From the sequence record SRR20825006_1103: 58,133 nucleotides of DNA. One strand, written 5' to 3'. The notes under the pieces were generated by a model that had not been told where the DNA came from, ran no database searches, and saw only the letters and a program-made list of their open reading frames with translations. Both the position numbers and the translations under genes were made by a program. Of the stretch, positions 19,280 to 28,811 are shown in pieces; within the stretch, counting starts at the first letter, position 1; each line of letters begins with the position of its first letter.

Positions 19280-20350
19280 CTATTTTGCCGACAACGCAGC
19301 GCGCCTTTTCCCGCGCTCGCTTCCAGACAAGCTGGCCCAATCCGGACGGACGTACAGGAAATTGAGCGGCGTGCCGCGAATGAGGGCGTGGAAGGCAAGC
19401 GGTAGCGCAACAGCGAATGTCAGGGTCAAGGCGGACGCCAGCCCCACATCGCCGAAGGGCGCTCCGATTGCAGGCAGCACCAGTCGCTCCATCGCAACGA
19501 GCGGAAACGCGTAGGTCAGGTAGATGACGATCGAGTGCCGACCGCAATATCTGAGAAAGTCTGCTGCGCGGAACCGGGTCAGCAGCGCTGACACGACGCA
19601 GACGGCAGTCGCGCCGGCAATGCCCAGAATGAAACTGGCAACCACTTCTTCATGCAAGGCGAGGCTGACTGCCCACCAATTCAGAATGCCCCAAGCCAGC
19701 AAACCAAGGGCTCCGATCCAGGGCGCTTTGGCCGCCCTTCCGGCAAATCGGAAGATTTGTGGTGCAAACGCGTACCCCATGAAGAAATAAACATACCGGT
19801 TTGCGAACCGGTCGATCACGCCCCATCCCGTATCAATCAGCACAAGTTGGTAGAGAGACTGGAGGACGAAGGCGCCTGCAAACACGATCCAGACCGGCAC
19901 GTTTCGCAGCAAGCGCGTAACCACATAGAAGATCGCCAACATGTGCACGAACCAAAGCGAGTTCGAGGGTTCGACGAAGCTGTAGAACCATAGCTTCAGG
20001 ACATAACCAGGATGGGACACCAACGCATCGAACTCCAGAACGGGAAGCTGGAGCGTGAGCCAGAGCACGTAGAAATATATGAAATGCACGACTTTCCGGT
20101 CGAGATAGTCGGCGAGCGGCGCATGAATCGACCGGCTCAGGAACAGACCCGCCACCAAAAAGAAGTCCGGAATTCGGAAGGGCCGTGCAAAATCGATGAT
20201 GGGATGCATCCATCCTTGCTCATCGAACAGATATTCGACGCCATTTACCGCGTGCATCATTACCACCAGAATGATGCAGATGCCCTTCGCGTAATCTACC
20301 CAATCTACCCGTTGCGCAGGTGGTGCGGCGATAGGATGCGTCGAAACCAT
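19280..20350 (-). CDS. Acyltransferase family 3 (OafA-like) membrane protein
   Basis: RVDWVDYAKGICIILVVMMH, FRIPDFFLVAG and LWF motifs, about 10 hydrophobic segments. Confidence 0.88.
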   Translation of the reverse strand: MVSTHPIAAPPAQRVDWVDYAKGICIILVVMMHAVNGVEYLFDEQGWMHPIIDFARPFRIPDFFLVAGLFLSRSIHAPLADYLDRKVVHFIYFYVLWLTLQLPVLEFDALVSHPGYVLKLWFYSFVEPSNSLWFVHMLAIFYVVTRLLRNVPVWIVFAGAFVLQSLYQLVLIDTGWGVIDRFANRYVYFFMGYAFAPQIFRFAGRAAKAPWIGALGLLAWGILNWWAVSLALHEEVVASFILGIAGATAVCVVSALLTRFRAADFLRYCGRHSIVIYLTYAFPLVAMERLVLPAIGAPFGDVGLASALTLTFAVALPLAFHALIRGTPLNFLYVRPDWASLSGSERGKRRAALSAK

Positions 20351-20378
20351 TCAATGCAACTCCAATGGCGACATCGTT

Positions 20379-21458
20379 TCAGCGTCGGGATGAAGAAACC
20401 ACCGACAAGGTGGGATGATCATTACAATAGGCTTTGATGCAAGCAGTGAACCAATCGAATGTCTGGTCCACGCGGGTGACTGCATCGCGTTGGCGCGACA
20501 AAACGCTGGCCTTGCCATGGGGCAACCAGAAATACGGATTGGCCTCCCATATGATGATGTGCCCCTCTGGACGGATGCTGTAGTCGACCGCGGCAAAGTC
20601 CAGCCCGAGCGCCCTGACCGCCTGAACGAGTTCCTGCGCCTCTTCCAAAGGCGCGGAGAAATATGCCTTGTCTGCAGTAATCAGGTCAGCTCGCAAACGC
20701 TCATGATAGCCAAAATATCTTGCCAGACGCCGCAGTCGGCTCGCCTCCCGCTGGAACAGACTGTTGGACAGGCCAACGATTCTCTCGGTCGAAAAGAACA
20801 GGTGAGATGCCAGAACACGGTCACCACACACGAACGCTCGGGCCTTGTGGTGATAGCGCGCAAAGAGATCGGAGCGGGGCCTGCCAACGTCACGGTATTC
20901 CTGACGGATGTCATACAGCTTCAGAACAACTGCTGGCAGTAAACCCTCGCTGTCCAGCGCCTTTGCGTCCTCAGCCTTGAACAGGGTCGCAACCTGTCTT
21001 TGTGCATGCTCCTGATCACTTCGGACGATACAGGGAAATCCGATTTGCTCGATCGCGCCCGCCATCTCCTCTAATGTAGATGCCGACGCTGCGGCGGCGC
21101 ATGGTACGCCTGCGTCAGCCCAGATATGCGCCTGCATGGATTTGGTCGTGTTGCTGAGCGCGTCTGGATGGTTGAGGATACGAATCCCTCGATCAACCGC
21201 CTCTTCGGCAATGGCCAAAGCATCAACATAACAGGCCGGGTACTTCTGCATCAGAGGATCGCCCAGCCAGAAGATGACCAGCCCCACACCCTCAAAGTTG
21301 GCGGACCCGGAACCTGTGCGATGGATCCGGATATCCTTGAGCAAGGGATGAGACTTCGCTGCCAGCCGTTTCAGGAAAACATCGCCTGTCGGCACTTTGC
21401 GGCCGCGACCCGCGCCATGCGTAATGAAGAGAATCTTGCTGTTGTCGGAGGCGTACAT
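20379..21458 (-). CDS. ATP-grasp fold protein (RimK-like), function unknown
   Basis: ILNHPDALSNTTKS, GFPCIVR, KARAFV and LGLDFAAVDY...IWEANP, matching the ATP-grasp D...ExN pattern. Start uncertain (21458 or 21491). Confidence 0.65.
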   Translation of the reverse strand: MYASDNSKILFITHGAGRGRKVPTGDVFLKRLAAKSHPLLKDIRIHRTGSGSANFEGVGLVIFWLGDPLMQKYPACYVDALAIAEEAVDRGIRILNHPDALSNTTKSMQAHIWADAGVPCAAAASASTLEEMAGAIEQIGFPCIVRSDQEHAQRQVATLFKAEDAKALDSEGLLPAVVLKLYDIRQEYRDVGRPRSDLFARYHHKARAFVCGDRVLASHLFFSTERIVGLSNSLFQREASRLRRLARYFGYHERLRADLITADKAYFSAPLEEAQELVQAVRALGLDFAAVDYSIRPEGHIIIWEANPYFWLPHGKASVLSRQRDAVTRVDQTFDWFTACIKAYCNDHPTLSVVSSSRR

Positions 21459-21801
21459 ACGCACCTTGGTCTCGAATCCTGACAGTCGCACAATCGCCGC
21501 GACACACAGACTCTACGACGCAAAAGGTATGCCAAGATAGAGAAACAAGCACAGGATGCATGCGCCAAGTGTGGCGAGACTGTGTGGCTCTTGGCGCCAC
21601 CGAACCTTGCCCGCCGACTTGGTTGTGACGACCGGATTTTTCAGGCTGCGCAGAACATGCGGAAGCAGGTCGGAAAGCCGCGCGACTGGCGCCGAACCTC
21701 CTGGAAAAAGCTGACATGAGAAATTTGCCGAGCCTGTACAATCGCCTCCGATGCTGCCTAGAACCCCGCCACACGATTTAAGTAAACGGGCATTCTTCAT
21801 C

Positions 21802-22839
21802 ATGCAGACACCTACAGATACGGATGCATCCCATTCTGAAGCGCAATTTGAAGCTCAGATTCGCGCAGCAATCGACGGCAAAACCAAACCAGTTGGCGCG
21901 CTGGGGGGGATCGAAACGCTTGCTGTTCAGATCGCGCAGATCCAGAAATCCCTGACGCCTCGCGCGGACACATGCAGGCTCACCATCTTTGCAGCTGACC
22001 ATGGCATGGCAACAGCGGGTGTCTCGGCATTCCCGCAGGATGTGACCCGCCAGATGGTGCTCAACTTTCTTTCCGAGGGCGCAGCCGCCAATGTCTTCGC
22101 CCGTTCTGTTGGCGCGAGCGTCCGCGTGGTTGACGCTGGAGTAGCTGGACAGCTGATCGATCACCCAGGCCTGATCCCACGTCGGATCGCAGCACGCACG
22201 GCCAACGCCATTGAGCGGCCCGCCATGACACCTTCCGAGCGCGCTGCTGCGCTGTCTTCCGGGTCAGCGCTGGGTCATGAAGGCGACGAAACGGTTGCGT
22301 GTTTTGGCGAGATGGGCATCGGCAACACATCCTCGGCAAGCCTCGTGGCGGCCAAAATACTCGGAGTGCCAGTTGCCGACCTGACTGGACGGGGCACAGG
22401 TCTCGACGATGATGGTCTTCGCCGCAAATGCGAACTGTTGGAAAAAGCTGCAAACCGGACGAACGATAAACTGGAAGCTGGTCTGGCGCTCCAGGAGTAT
22501 GGCGGCTTCGAGATTGCCATGATGGCCGGCGCCATGATCGGGGCGGCAGCGAGCGGCAAGATTGTCATCGTGGACGGCTTCATTGCGACAGTCGCCGCAT
22601 TGGCCGCTGAAGCGATTTCACCCGATTGCCGGAAGAACATGATCTTTGCGCACCAATCCGCCGAGACCGGACATGGGCGTGTACTGGCCGCGCTAAAGGC
22701 CAGGCCTTTGCTGCATCTGGACATGCGCCTGGGCGAGGGTACGGGCGCATTACTCGCCTTTCCGCTTGTGAAGGCAGCCGCAGCGATGCTGCGTGAGATG
22801 GCGAGCTTCGAGAGCGCCGGAGTGAGTGGCCCGGCATGA
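21802..22839 (+). CDS. cobT: Nicotinate-nucleotide--dimethylbenzimidazole phosphoribosyltransferase
   Basis: KTKPVGALG, FAADHG, GEMGIGNT, GRGTG, GGFEI and MRLGEGTG motifs. Confidence 0.96.
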   Translation: MQTPTDTDASHSEAQFEAQIRAAIDGKTKPVGALGGIETLAVQIAQIQKSLTPRADTCRLTIFAADHGMATAGVSAFPQDVTRQMVLNFLSEGAAANVFARSVGASVRVVDAGVAGQLIDHPGLIPRRIAARTANAIERPAMTPSERAAALSSGSALGHEGDETVACFGEMGIGNTSSASLVAAKILGVPVADLTGRGTGLDDDGLRRKCELLEKAANRTNDKLEAGLALQEYGGFEIAMMAGAMIGAAASGKIVIVDGFIATVAALAAEAISPDCRKNMIFAHQSAETGHGRVLAALKARPLLHLDMRLGEGTGALLAFPLVKAAAAMLREMASFESAGVSGPA

Positions 22840-23603
22840 ATGGCGAACGCGCCAAACTCGTACTCGCTGTGCAATTTCTGACTCGGCTACCGCTCAGAAC
22901 AGACAAGATGTTCACACCGGAGCGCATGGCGCAAGCGCCGAGATATTTCCCCCTTGTCGGCATACTTGTGGGACTCGTGAGTGCGGGCGTCTTCTGGATC
23001 GCCGCGCAGGTCCTGCCGGACTTCATGGCGGCGTTGCTGGCGGTCAGCGCAGGCCTGCTGCTGACAGGTGCGTTCCATGAGGATGGCTTGGCCGACACGT
23101 TTGACGGCATTGGCGGCGGACATACACCTGTTCGTGCAATGGAAATCATGAAGGATAGTCGGCTCGGCACATATGGGGCCGCTGCGCTGTTCCTCGCACT
23201 CGCAATCAAGGTGGGTGCGCTGTCGGCGATACCCCCAATCTGGGTCTGCGCTGCCCTGCCCGTTGCGCATTGCGTCTCTCGGTTCTCAGCTGTGTGTGTG
23301 ATCGCGACCAGCCGGTATGTGCGGGAGGTGCGGGAGGAAGGTACGGGAAAGCCTGTGGCAACGGGTATATCTGCGTCCAGCTTGATAATTGCCGGTTTCA
23401 CAGCATTGGGTGCTGTTGCAGTCGGTGCTGTCCTGTTTCCTTTCGTCTCACTCCTGTCCGGTATTGTTTCATTGTGTTTCGCGCATGTTCTAATGCGCCT
23501 GTTCTTTGAGCCCAAACTGGGGGGCTATACGGGCGACACGCTCGGCGCGGTACAGCAAGCAAGCGAGATCGGATTCTATCTGGGGCTCCTCGCATGGCTC
23601 TGA
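22836..23603 (+). CDS. cobS: Adenosylcobinamide-GDP ribazoletransferase (cobalamin synthase)
   Basis: FLTRLP, TGAFHEDGLADTFDG, MKDSRLGTYG and GGYTGDTLGA motifs. Confidence 0.96.
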   Translation: MNGERAKLVLAVQFLTRLPLRTDKMFTPERMAQAPRYFPLVGILVGLVSAGVFWIAAQVLPDFMAALLAVSAGLLLTGAFHEDGLADTFDGIGGGHTPVRAMEIMKDSRLGTYGAAALFLALAIKVGALSAIPPIWVCAALPVAHCVSRFSAVCVIATSRYVREVREEGTGKPVATGISASSLIIAGFTALGAVAVGAVLFPFVSLLSGIVSLCFAHVLMRLFFEPKLGGYTGDTLGAVQQASEIGFYLGLLAWL

Positions 23604-24130
23604 CCCTCCTTCGGCATACAACGCCTGATGTCGCACCCGGCACCTGTTATGGTCGAACTGACCTGGCGCTCGCGACCTCTTTTGCGGACGAGGCCAGCAT
23701 CGTTCTGGCCGGACTGCCACGGATAGACCGCATCGTATCGAGCCCGCTGACCCGGTGCGCTGAACTTGCCGAATTCGTCGGAGAACGGAGTGGGCTGAAC
23801 ATCATCCGGGATGAACGACTGGCCGAGATGGATTTCGGCACATGGGAGATGAAGCCCTGGAGCGAATTGCCGAGAGATGAACTCAATGCCTGGGCGTCGG
23901 ACTTCCTCCATGCAAGGCCTCATGAGGGGGAAAGCGTTGCCATGCTGACCGCCCGCACTCAGAACGCCATAGCCGAACTCAACCACCCCAGCCGCCACAC
24001 TCTGATCGTGACCCATGCCGGCGTCATCAAGGCAGCCTTTGCCGCGCTCGGCGGCCACCATCACTATCAGAGCTCGGTCGCCTATGGCGGCCTCATCACA
24101 CTGCTGGAACACTCAGGAAACGCGACATGA
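23594..24130 (+). CDS. cobC: Alpha-ribazole-5'-phosphate phosphatase (histidine phosphatase)
   Basis: LLRHT...CYGRTD, SSPLTRC, EMDFGTWE and VTHAGVI motifs, located between cobS and cobO. Confidence 0.85.
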   Translation: MALTLLRHTTPDVAPGTCYGRTDLALATSFADEASIVLAGLPRIDRIVSSPLTRCAELAEFVGERSGLNIIRDERLAEMDFGTWEMKPWSELPRDELNAWASDFLHARPHEGESVAMLTARTQNAIAELNHPSRHTLIVTHAGVIKAAFAALGGHHHYQSSVAYGGLITLLEHSGNAT

Positions 24131-24729
24131 CCGACGAAACTTCCCATACTGAAAAGATGAAGGCGCTGCAGGCAGAGCAACGCAAGAAGACCGACGCGGC
24201 CGCCGTGCCTGACCGCGGGCTGGTGCTGGTTCACACGGGAAATGGCAAGGGCAAGTCGAGCTCGGCCTTCGGCGTCATTGCCCGTGCCCTCGGCTGGGGC
24301 CATCGCGTGGGGGTCGTCCAGTTCATCAAGGGCAAATGGATTACCGGTGAACGACAATTCTTCGACAAGTTCCCCGATCAACTCGAATGGCACACAATGG
24401 GTGAAGGCTTCACTTGGGACACACAGGACAAGGCTCGCGACATCGCCGCCGCCGAGGCAGCGTTCGATCGTGCGAAAACCATGATGGCAAATGGCTCCTA
24501 CAATCTTGTTGTGCTGGATGAGATCAACATCGCCATGCGCTATGACTATCTCTCAACCGACGCTGTTCTCGAGGGACTGAAAGCGCGCGACAGCCAGACC
24601 AGCGTCATCCTGACGGGGCGCGATGCCAAACCGGAACTTTGCGACTATGCCGATCTTGTCAGCGAGATGGTCGAGGTGAAGCACCCCTTCAAAGCGGGGC
24701 TCAAAGCCAAGCGTGGCGTCGACTTCTGA
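24127..24729 (+). CDS. cobO: Corrinoid adenosyltransferase (CobO/CobA/BtuR)
   Basis: TGNGKGKSS, VQFIKG, GEGFTW, LDEIN, LTGR and KHPF motifs. Confidence 0.96.
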   Translation: MTDETSHTEKMKALQAEQRKKTDAAAVPDRGLVLVHTGNGKGKSSSAFGVIARALGWGHRVGVVQFIKGKWITGERQFFDKFPDQLEWHTMGEGFTWDTQDKARDIAAAEAAFDRAKTMMANGSYNLVVLDEINIAMRYDYLSTDAVLEGLKARDSQTSVILTGRDAKPELCDYADLVSEMVEVKHPFKAGLKAKRGVDF

Positions 24730-24763
24730 CCATTTTGCCGCGCGTCCTGTAATAGCGGCAGTA

Positions 24764-24792
24764 TTGACAGGTCGCGAGGCTTGCAACATTAC
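24764..24792 (+). promoter_or_regulatory. Candidate sigma70 promoter for the riboswitch-btuB transcript
   Basis: Perfect TTGACA at 24764-24769. The -10 region (GCAACATTAC) is weak and lies just before the riboswitch. Confidence 0.5.
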
Positions 24793-24799
24793 CACGTTC

Positions 24800-24961
24800 A
24801 GATGGTGCTTTCTGCAAGGAAAGCTAAGAGGGAAGCCGATGTGAATTCGGCGCTGTACCCGCAACTGTGAGCCGGGAGTTGAAGGCCATACAGCCACTGG
24901 AGCAATCGCTCTGGGAAGGCGGCCTGAGATGACGATCGGTGAGCCAGGAGACCTGCCATCG
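24800..24961 (+). ncRNA. Cobalamin (AdoCbl) riboswitch
   Basis: GATGGT...AAGAGGGAAGCCG-TGTGAATTCGGCG-CTGTACCCGCAACTGT...GCCACTG...GGGAAGG...GAGCCAGGAGACCTGCCATC (B12 box). P1 is GATGG/CCATC. Located upstream of btuB. Confidence 0.96.
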
Positions 24962-25137
24962 CGTCGTTCGTCCGGAGGCCGGGAATAGTTCTCAGCGGGC
25001 GGGAAGGCTTCAAGCCTATCCTTTGTAACGACATCCGAACCCCTGGGCCTGGCCGTCCGCACCAATCACAAGGTGAGGCCAGATTGTCGTTATGAACTGC
25101 ATCCACCATTCGGGCGGCTGGGATGCGAGGAAAAGAT

Positions 25138-26985
25138 ATGTTCTACAAAACCGCCCTGCTGGGGGCTGTTGCGTTCGGCTTTACCGTCTCGGCGACCGCC
25201 CAGACTGCAAGCATCGAAGAAACCAAACTCGATACGATCATCGTCAATGGATCACGCCTTGACCAGACGATGACCGAAATTGGCTCAAGTGTCTCCGTCA
25301 TCACGCGGGACGACCTGGAAGAGTTGGGCGTCGACTTTGCCCTGGACGCTATTGCAACCGCGCCCGGTGTCACGGTCAACCAGAACGGCGCCTTTGGCGG
25401 CAACGCCAGCGTGCGTATACGCGGTGCTTCCAATGACCAGACATTGGTGCTGATCGACGGCGTACCCGTAAACGATCCGACCGGCACCGGTGGCGGCTAC
25501 AACTTCGCTTATCTGGACACAGACACCATTGAGCGTATCGAAGTGCTGAAAGGCCCGCAATCGACGCTCTGGGGGAGTGATGCCATTGGCGGCGTCGTGT
25601 CCATCACGACCAAGCGCCCCACAGAAGGCTTGTCAGGCACGGTGTTCGGCGAATACGGCTCCTTCAATACATTGCGCGGCGGCGCGTCGATCAGCAATGC
25701 GAATGAAATCGGTGATTTCCGGCTCGCGGCTACCGGACTGACCACGGATGGTATTTCCAAAGCGGATGAGGCGAATGGTAACTCCGAAGACGACGGCTAC
25801 GACTCACAGACGGTCTCGGCGAAAGGCGGTTTGAACCTGCCTGCCAGTGTTCGTCTCGAAACCAGCCTGATGTGGAGCGACGCAGAGTCTGAATATGACA
25901 GCTATGCGTTCGGTGCGCAGGGCAGCGTGGCGGATGGTGATGAGGTCACGAATTCGGAGACGCTGTCTGGAAACATCACCCTGAAAGCGCCACTGTTCGA
26001 TGGCCGACTCGAGAACCTTGTTCAGATTGGCTATGCCGATATTGAACGCGAAAATACGTCAAACGGTGTCCAGAGTTATTTCACCGAAGGTGACCGCGTG
26101 CTGTTTCGCTATCAGGGCACATTCGCCATCAACGACACAAATACATTGGCCTTTGGAACGGAGCGCGAAGAGACAAGTGCCAATGAGCAAGAGTCCTCGA
26201 TTGACAGTTTGTTTGCGCTCTACGAATTCAAACCCGTGGACAATTTGACACTGACAGGCGGAATTCGGGTCGACGATCACGAGACTTTCGGCTCTGAAAC
26301 AACGGGTCGCGTGGCAGCAGCCTGGACCGCAACAGATCAGCTCACCTTCAAGGCAAGCTGGGGTCAGGGCTTCAAGGCACCCAGCATCTTTCAGTCGACC
26401 TATATCTGCACCTTCTGTGGACTGACCGCCCCCAATACCAACCTCAAGGCTGAAACCTCCGAGGCTTATGACATTGGTGTGCAATGGCAGTCTGCTGACG
26501 AGCGCATCGTCCTTGGTGCAACCCTATTCGATCAGGAAACCGAAAACATGATCGATTTCTCTTACACGGCTGGCTACGACAATATCGCCCTTGTGGACTC
26601 GCAGGGGGTCGAGTTGACTGGCGCTTATGCGGTCAATAACTGGCTGGGTATCGCGGCGAGTTATACGTTCATTGACTCAGAAGATGGCAACGGAAACGCA
26701 TTGGCCCGCCTCCCGGAAAGCACCGGGAACATCTCAGCTTCTTTTGATCCGGACGGCCCCTTCTCTGGCGCAGTGCTCGTTCGCTATAATGGCGAAGAAG
26801 CCAATACAGACGGATCCAAACTCGACAGCTGGACACGAGTCGACCTGACCGGCAGCTATGATCTCAATGAAACAGTCGAAATCTATGGCCGGATCGAGAA
26901 CCTGCTTGATGAGGAGTACCAGCAGATCCTGGGATATGGCACACCCGGACTGTCCGGATCTGTCGGCGTGCGGCTCCGCTACTAG
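25138..26985 (+). CDS. btuB: TonB-dependent cobalamin receptor
   Basis: Signal peptide, TonB box DTIIVNG, plug motifs IRG...VLIDGVP and IERIEVLKGPQSTLWGSDAIGGVV, C-terminal aromatic residue. Under the B12 riboswitch. Confidence 0.93.
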   Translation: MFYKTALLGAVAFGFTVSATAQTASIEETKLDTIIVNGSRLDQTMTEIGSSVSVITRDDLEELGVDFALDAIATAPGVTVNQNGAFGGNASVRIRGASNDQTLVLIDGVPVNDPTGTGGGYNFAYLDTDTIERIEVLKGPQSTLWGSDAIGGVVSITTKRPTEGLSGTVFGEYGSFNTLRGGASISNANEIGDFRLAATGLTTDGISKADEANGNSEDDGYDSQTVSAKGGLNLPASVRLETSLMWSDAESEYDSYAFGAQGSVADGDEVTNSETLSGNITLKAPLFDGRLENLVQIGYADIERENTSNGVQSYFTEGDRVLFRYQGTFAINDTNTLAFGTEREETSANEQESSIDSLFALYEFKPVDNLTLTGGIRVDDHETFGSETTGRVAAAWTATDQLTFKASWGQGFKAPSIFQSTYICTFCGLTAPNTNLKAETSEAYDIGVQWQSADERIVLGATLFDQETENMIDFSYTAGYDNIALVDSQGVELTGAYAVNNWLGIAASYTFIDSEDGNGNALARLPESTGNISASFDPDGPFSGAVLVRYNGEEANTDGSKLDSWTRVDLTGSYDLNETVEIYGRIENLLDEEYQQILGYGTPGLSGSVGVRLRY

Positions 26986-26994
26986 GACATCTCC

Positions 26995-27822
26995 ATGTCG
27001 AGGCTGATAATCCCAATTCTTGCGCTTCTTCTGTCTGCTTGCGGACAGGCCGGCAAGAATGTGCTCACAAAGCCTGAGCGCCCTGCCCGGATTGTCAGCC
27101 TCGACTATTGCGCCGACCAGTATGTTTTGAAGCTTGTCGACCGGGAACGCATCCTGGCCTTGTCGCCGGATGCGGGTCGGGAATTTTCCTATATGCGGAA
27201 CACCGCCGACGGCATCGCGACCGTCAGGCCAAACGCCGAGAATGTACTGATCCTCAAGCCCGACCTTGTTGTGCGGTCCTATGGCGGCGGACCGAATGCC
27301 GCCGCGTTCTTCGAGAAGGCAGGCGTGCCTGTGGTGGAAGTTGGTTGGACGCCTGACATTCCTTCCGTGATGAAAAACACGCAACGCATCGCCAACGAGT
27401 TGGGAGAGCCTGAACGGGGTGCGGTCGTGAACACTGAGATGCAACACCGCCTTGCGCGGTTGAGAAAGCGCGAGACTGGCCAGACCGCATTGTACATGAC
27501 GCCCGCAGGTGTAACGACCGGACCGGGCTCGCTGATTCATGAAATGATCGTGGCGGGGGGCCTGACCAATATGGAAACAGAACATGGCTGGCGATCCATC
27601 CCGTTGGAAACGCTTGCCTATGAGAAACCTGATGTCGTAGCGGCTGCCTTCTTCGGATCGCGCACCAATCATCCGGACGCGTGGAGTCCGATGAAGCACC
27701 CTGTCGCAAAGGCGCAGCTTACCCAGAGCGAAGTCGTATCGCTTGAAGGCGCGTGGACCTCGTGTAGCGGCTGGTTCTTGATGGATGCCGTCGAGGCGTT
27801 GGCCGGAAAGGGCGGACAATGA
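26995..27822 (+). CDS. btuF: Cobalamin ABC transporter substrate-binding protein (predicted lipoprotein)
   Basis: RIVSLDYCADQ and AENVLILKPDLV motifs, lipobox LSAC, operon context. Confidence 0.85.
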   Translation: MSRLIIPILALLLSACGQAGKNVLTKPERPARIVSLDYCADQYVLKLVDRERILALSPDAGREFSYMRNTADGIATVRPNAENVLILKPDLVVRSYGGGPNAAAFFEKAGVPVVEVGWTPDIPSVMKNTQRIANELGEPERGAVVNTEMQHRLARLRKRETGQTALYMTPAGVTTGPGSLIHEMIVAGGLTNMETEHGWRSIPLETLAYEKPDVVAAAFFGSRTNHPDAWSPMKHPVAKAQLTQSEVVSLEGAWTSCSGWFLMDAVEALAGKGGQ

Positions 27823-28811
27823 CGCGTGAAACCCTGCTCATGCCGACTTTGATCGCCGCAAGTGTATTGGCAATTCTCTCGGCATGCTTCCTCGGATCAA
27901 CCGCCTTGCCCGCCGACCGGTTGCTGGCAGCCCTCTTCGGGGGAGCGGAAGCGGGCGACCGCCTGGTCGTTTGGCAGATACGGCTGCCGCGGGCGATCGC
28001 GGCTTATATCGTCGGGGCCGCGCTGGGCATCAGCGGCGCTGCCTTGCAGGGCTTGCTGAGGAACCCTCTGGCAGAACCGGGAGTTCTCGGGGTTTCAGCC
28101 TCGGCCTCGCTTATGGCTACGTTCGCGCTCTATTACGGGATCGCCTCGATCACCCCCTGGGCCGTACCGATTGCTGCGATCATCGGTGCGCTGACGGCAA
28201 CAGGCCTCATCACCATCGCCGCATTACGCACACAGTCTGTTGTCACGCTCATCCTGATCGGTGTTGGCCTGTCGAGCTTTGCTGGCGCGGCCATGAGCCT
28301 GTTGATGAACCTGGCACCGAACCCGTTTTCACTATCTGACATGATCAACTGGATGCTGGGCTCAGTTGCCAATCGCAGCTTTGACGAAATTACGCTGGCG
28401 GCGCCCTTCATCCTTGCGGGCGGCGCAACTCTGTTTGCTACGCGGCGCGGTCTGTCTGCATTAACTCTCGGCGAAGAGGCAGCAGCAGGGATTGGCCTCA
28501 ATCTGCGGCGCCAGCAGATATTCACCGTGGTTGGCGCGGGTCTGGCAACCGGTGGCGCGGTGGCGCTGGCTGGAGCAATTGGCTTTGTCGGCATTGTTGC
28601 GCCTCATATCATTCGTCCCTTCGTCGGGCATGACCCAGCGCGCTCGCTTGTGCCGTCTGCGCTGTTCTCCGGATTGATCCTGGTCGTCGCTGACATTTTC
28701 GTTCGCCTGATGCCGACGTCAGCGGAGCTTAAACTCGGCGTTGTCGCGGCGCTCATCGGTGCACCCGCTTTTGTCTGGATCGCGATGCAAAGGCGGACCG
28801 GAAATGACTGA
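27819..28811 (+). CDS. btuC: Cobalamin ABC transporter permease (FecCD family)
   Basis: IRLPR, LQGLLRNPLAEPG, LGEEAA and GAIGFVGIVAPH motifs. Confidence 0.9.
   Translation: MTRETLLMPTLIAASVLAILSACFLGSTALPADRLLAALFGGAEAGDRLVVWQIRLPRAIAAYIVGAALGISGAALQGLLRNPLAEPGVLGVSASASLMATFALYYGIASITPWAVPIAAIIGALTATGLITIAALRTQSVVTLILIGVGLSSFAGAAMSLLMNLAPNPFSLSDMINWMLGSVANRSFDEITLAAPFILAGGATLFATRRGLSALTLGEEAAAGIGLNLRRQQIFTVVGAGLATGGAVALAGAIGFVGIVAPHIIRPFVGHDPARSLVPSALFSGLILVVADIFVRLMPTSAELKLGVVAALIGAPAFVWIAMQRRTGND

Noticed and set aside
21371-21568. Cys-rich 65-aa ORF as a RiPP precursor for the ATP-grasp protein
   Set aside because: It overlaps the ATP-grasp start in another frame, has no clear RBS, and shows no graspetide Thr/Ser/Lys-Asp/Glu core pattern.
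21513-21803. 96-aa minus-strand ORF in the cobT upstream region
   Set aside because: It starts on top of the cobT start codon and has no RBS or motif. It cannot be supported as a gene.
24962-25137. Second tandem cobalamin riboswitch (GGGAA and GGGAAGG present)
   Set aside because: It lacks the CCCGCAACTGT and B12-box elements. The hairpins (CTGGCC/GGCCAG, GCATCC/GGATGC beside the RBS) are better explained as the expression platform.
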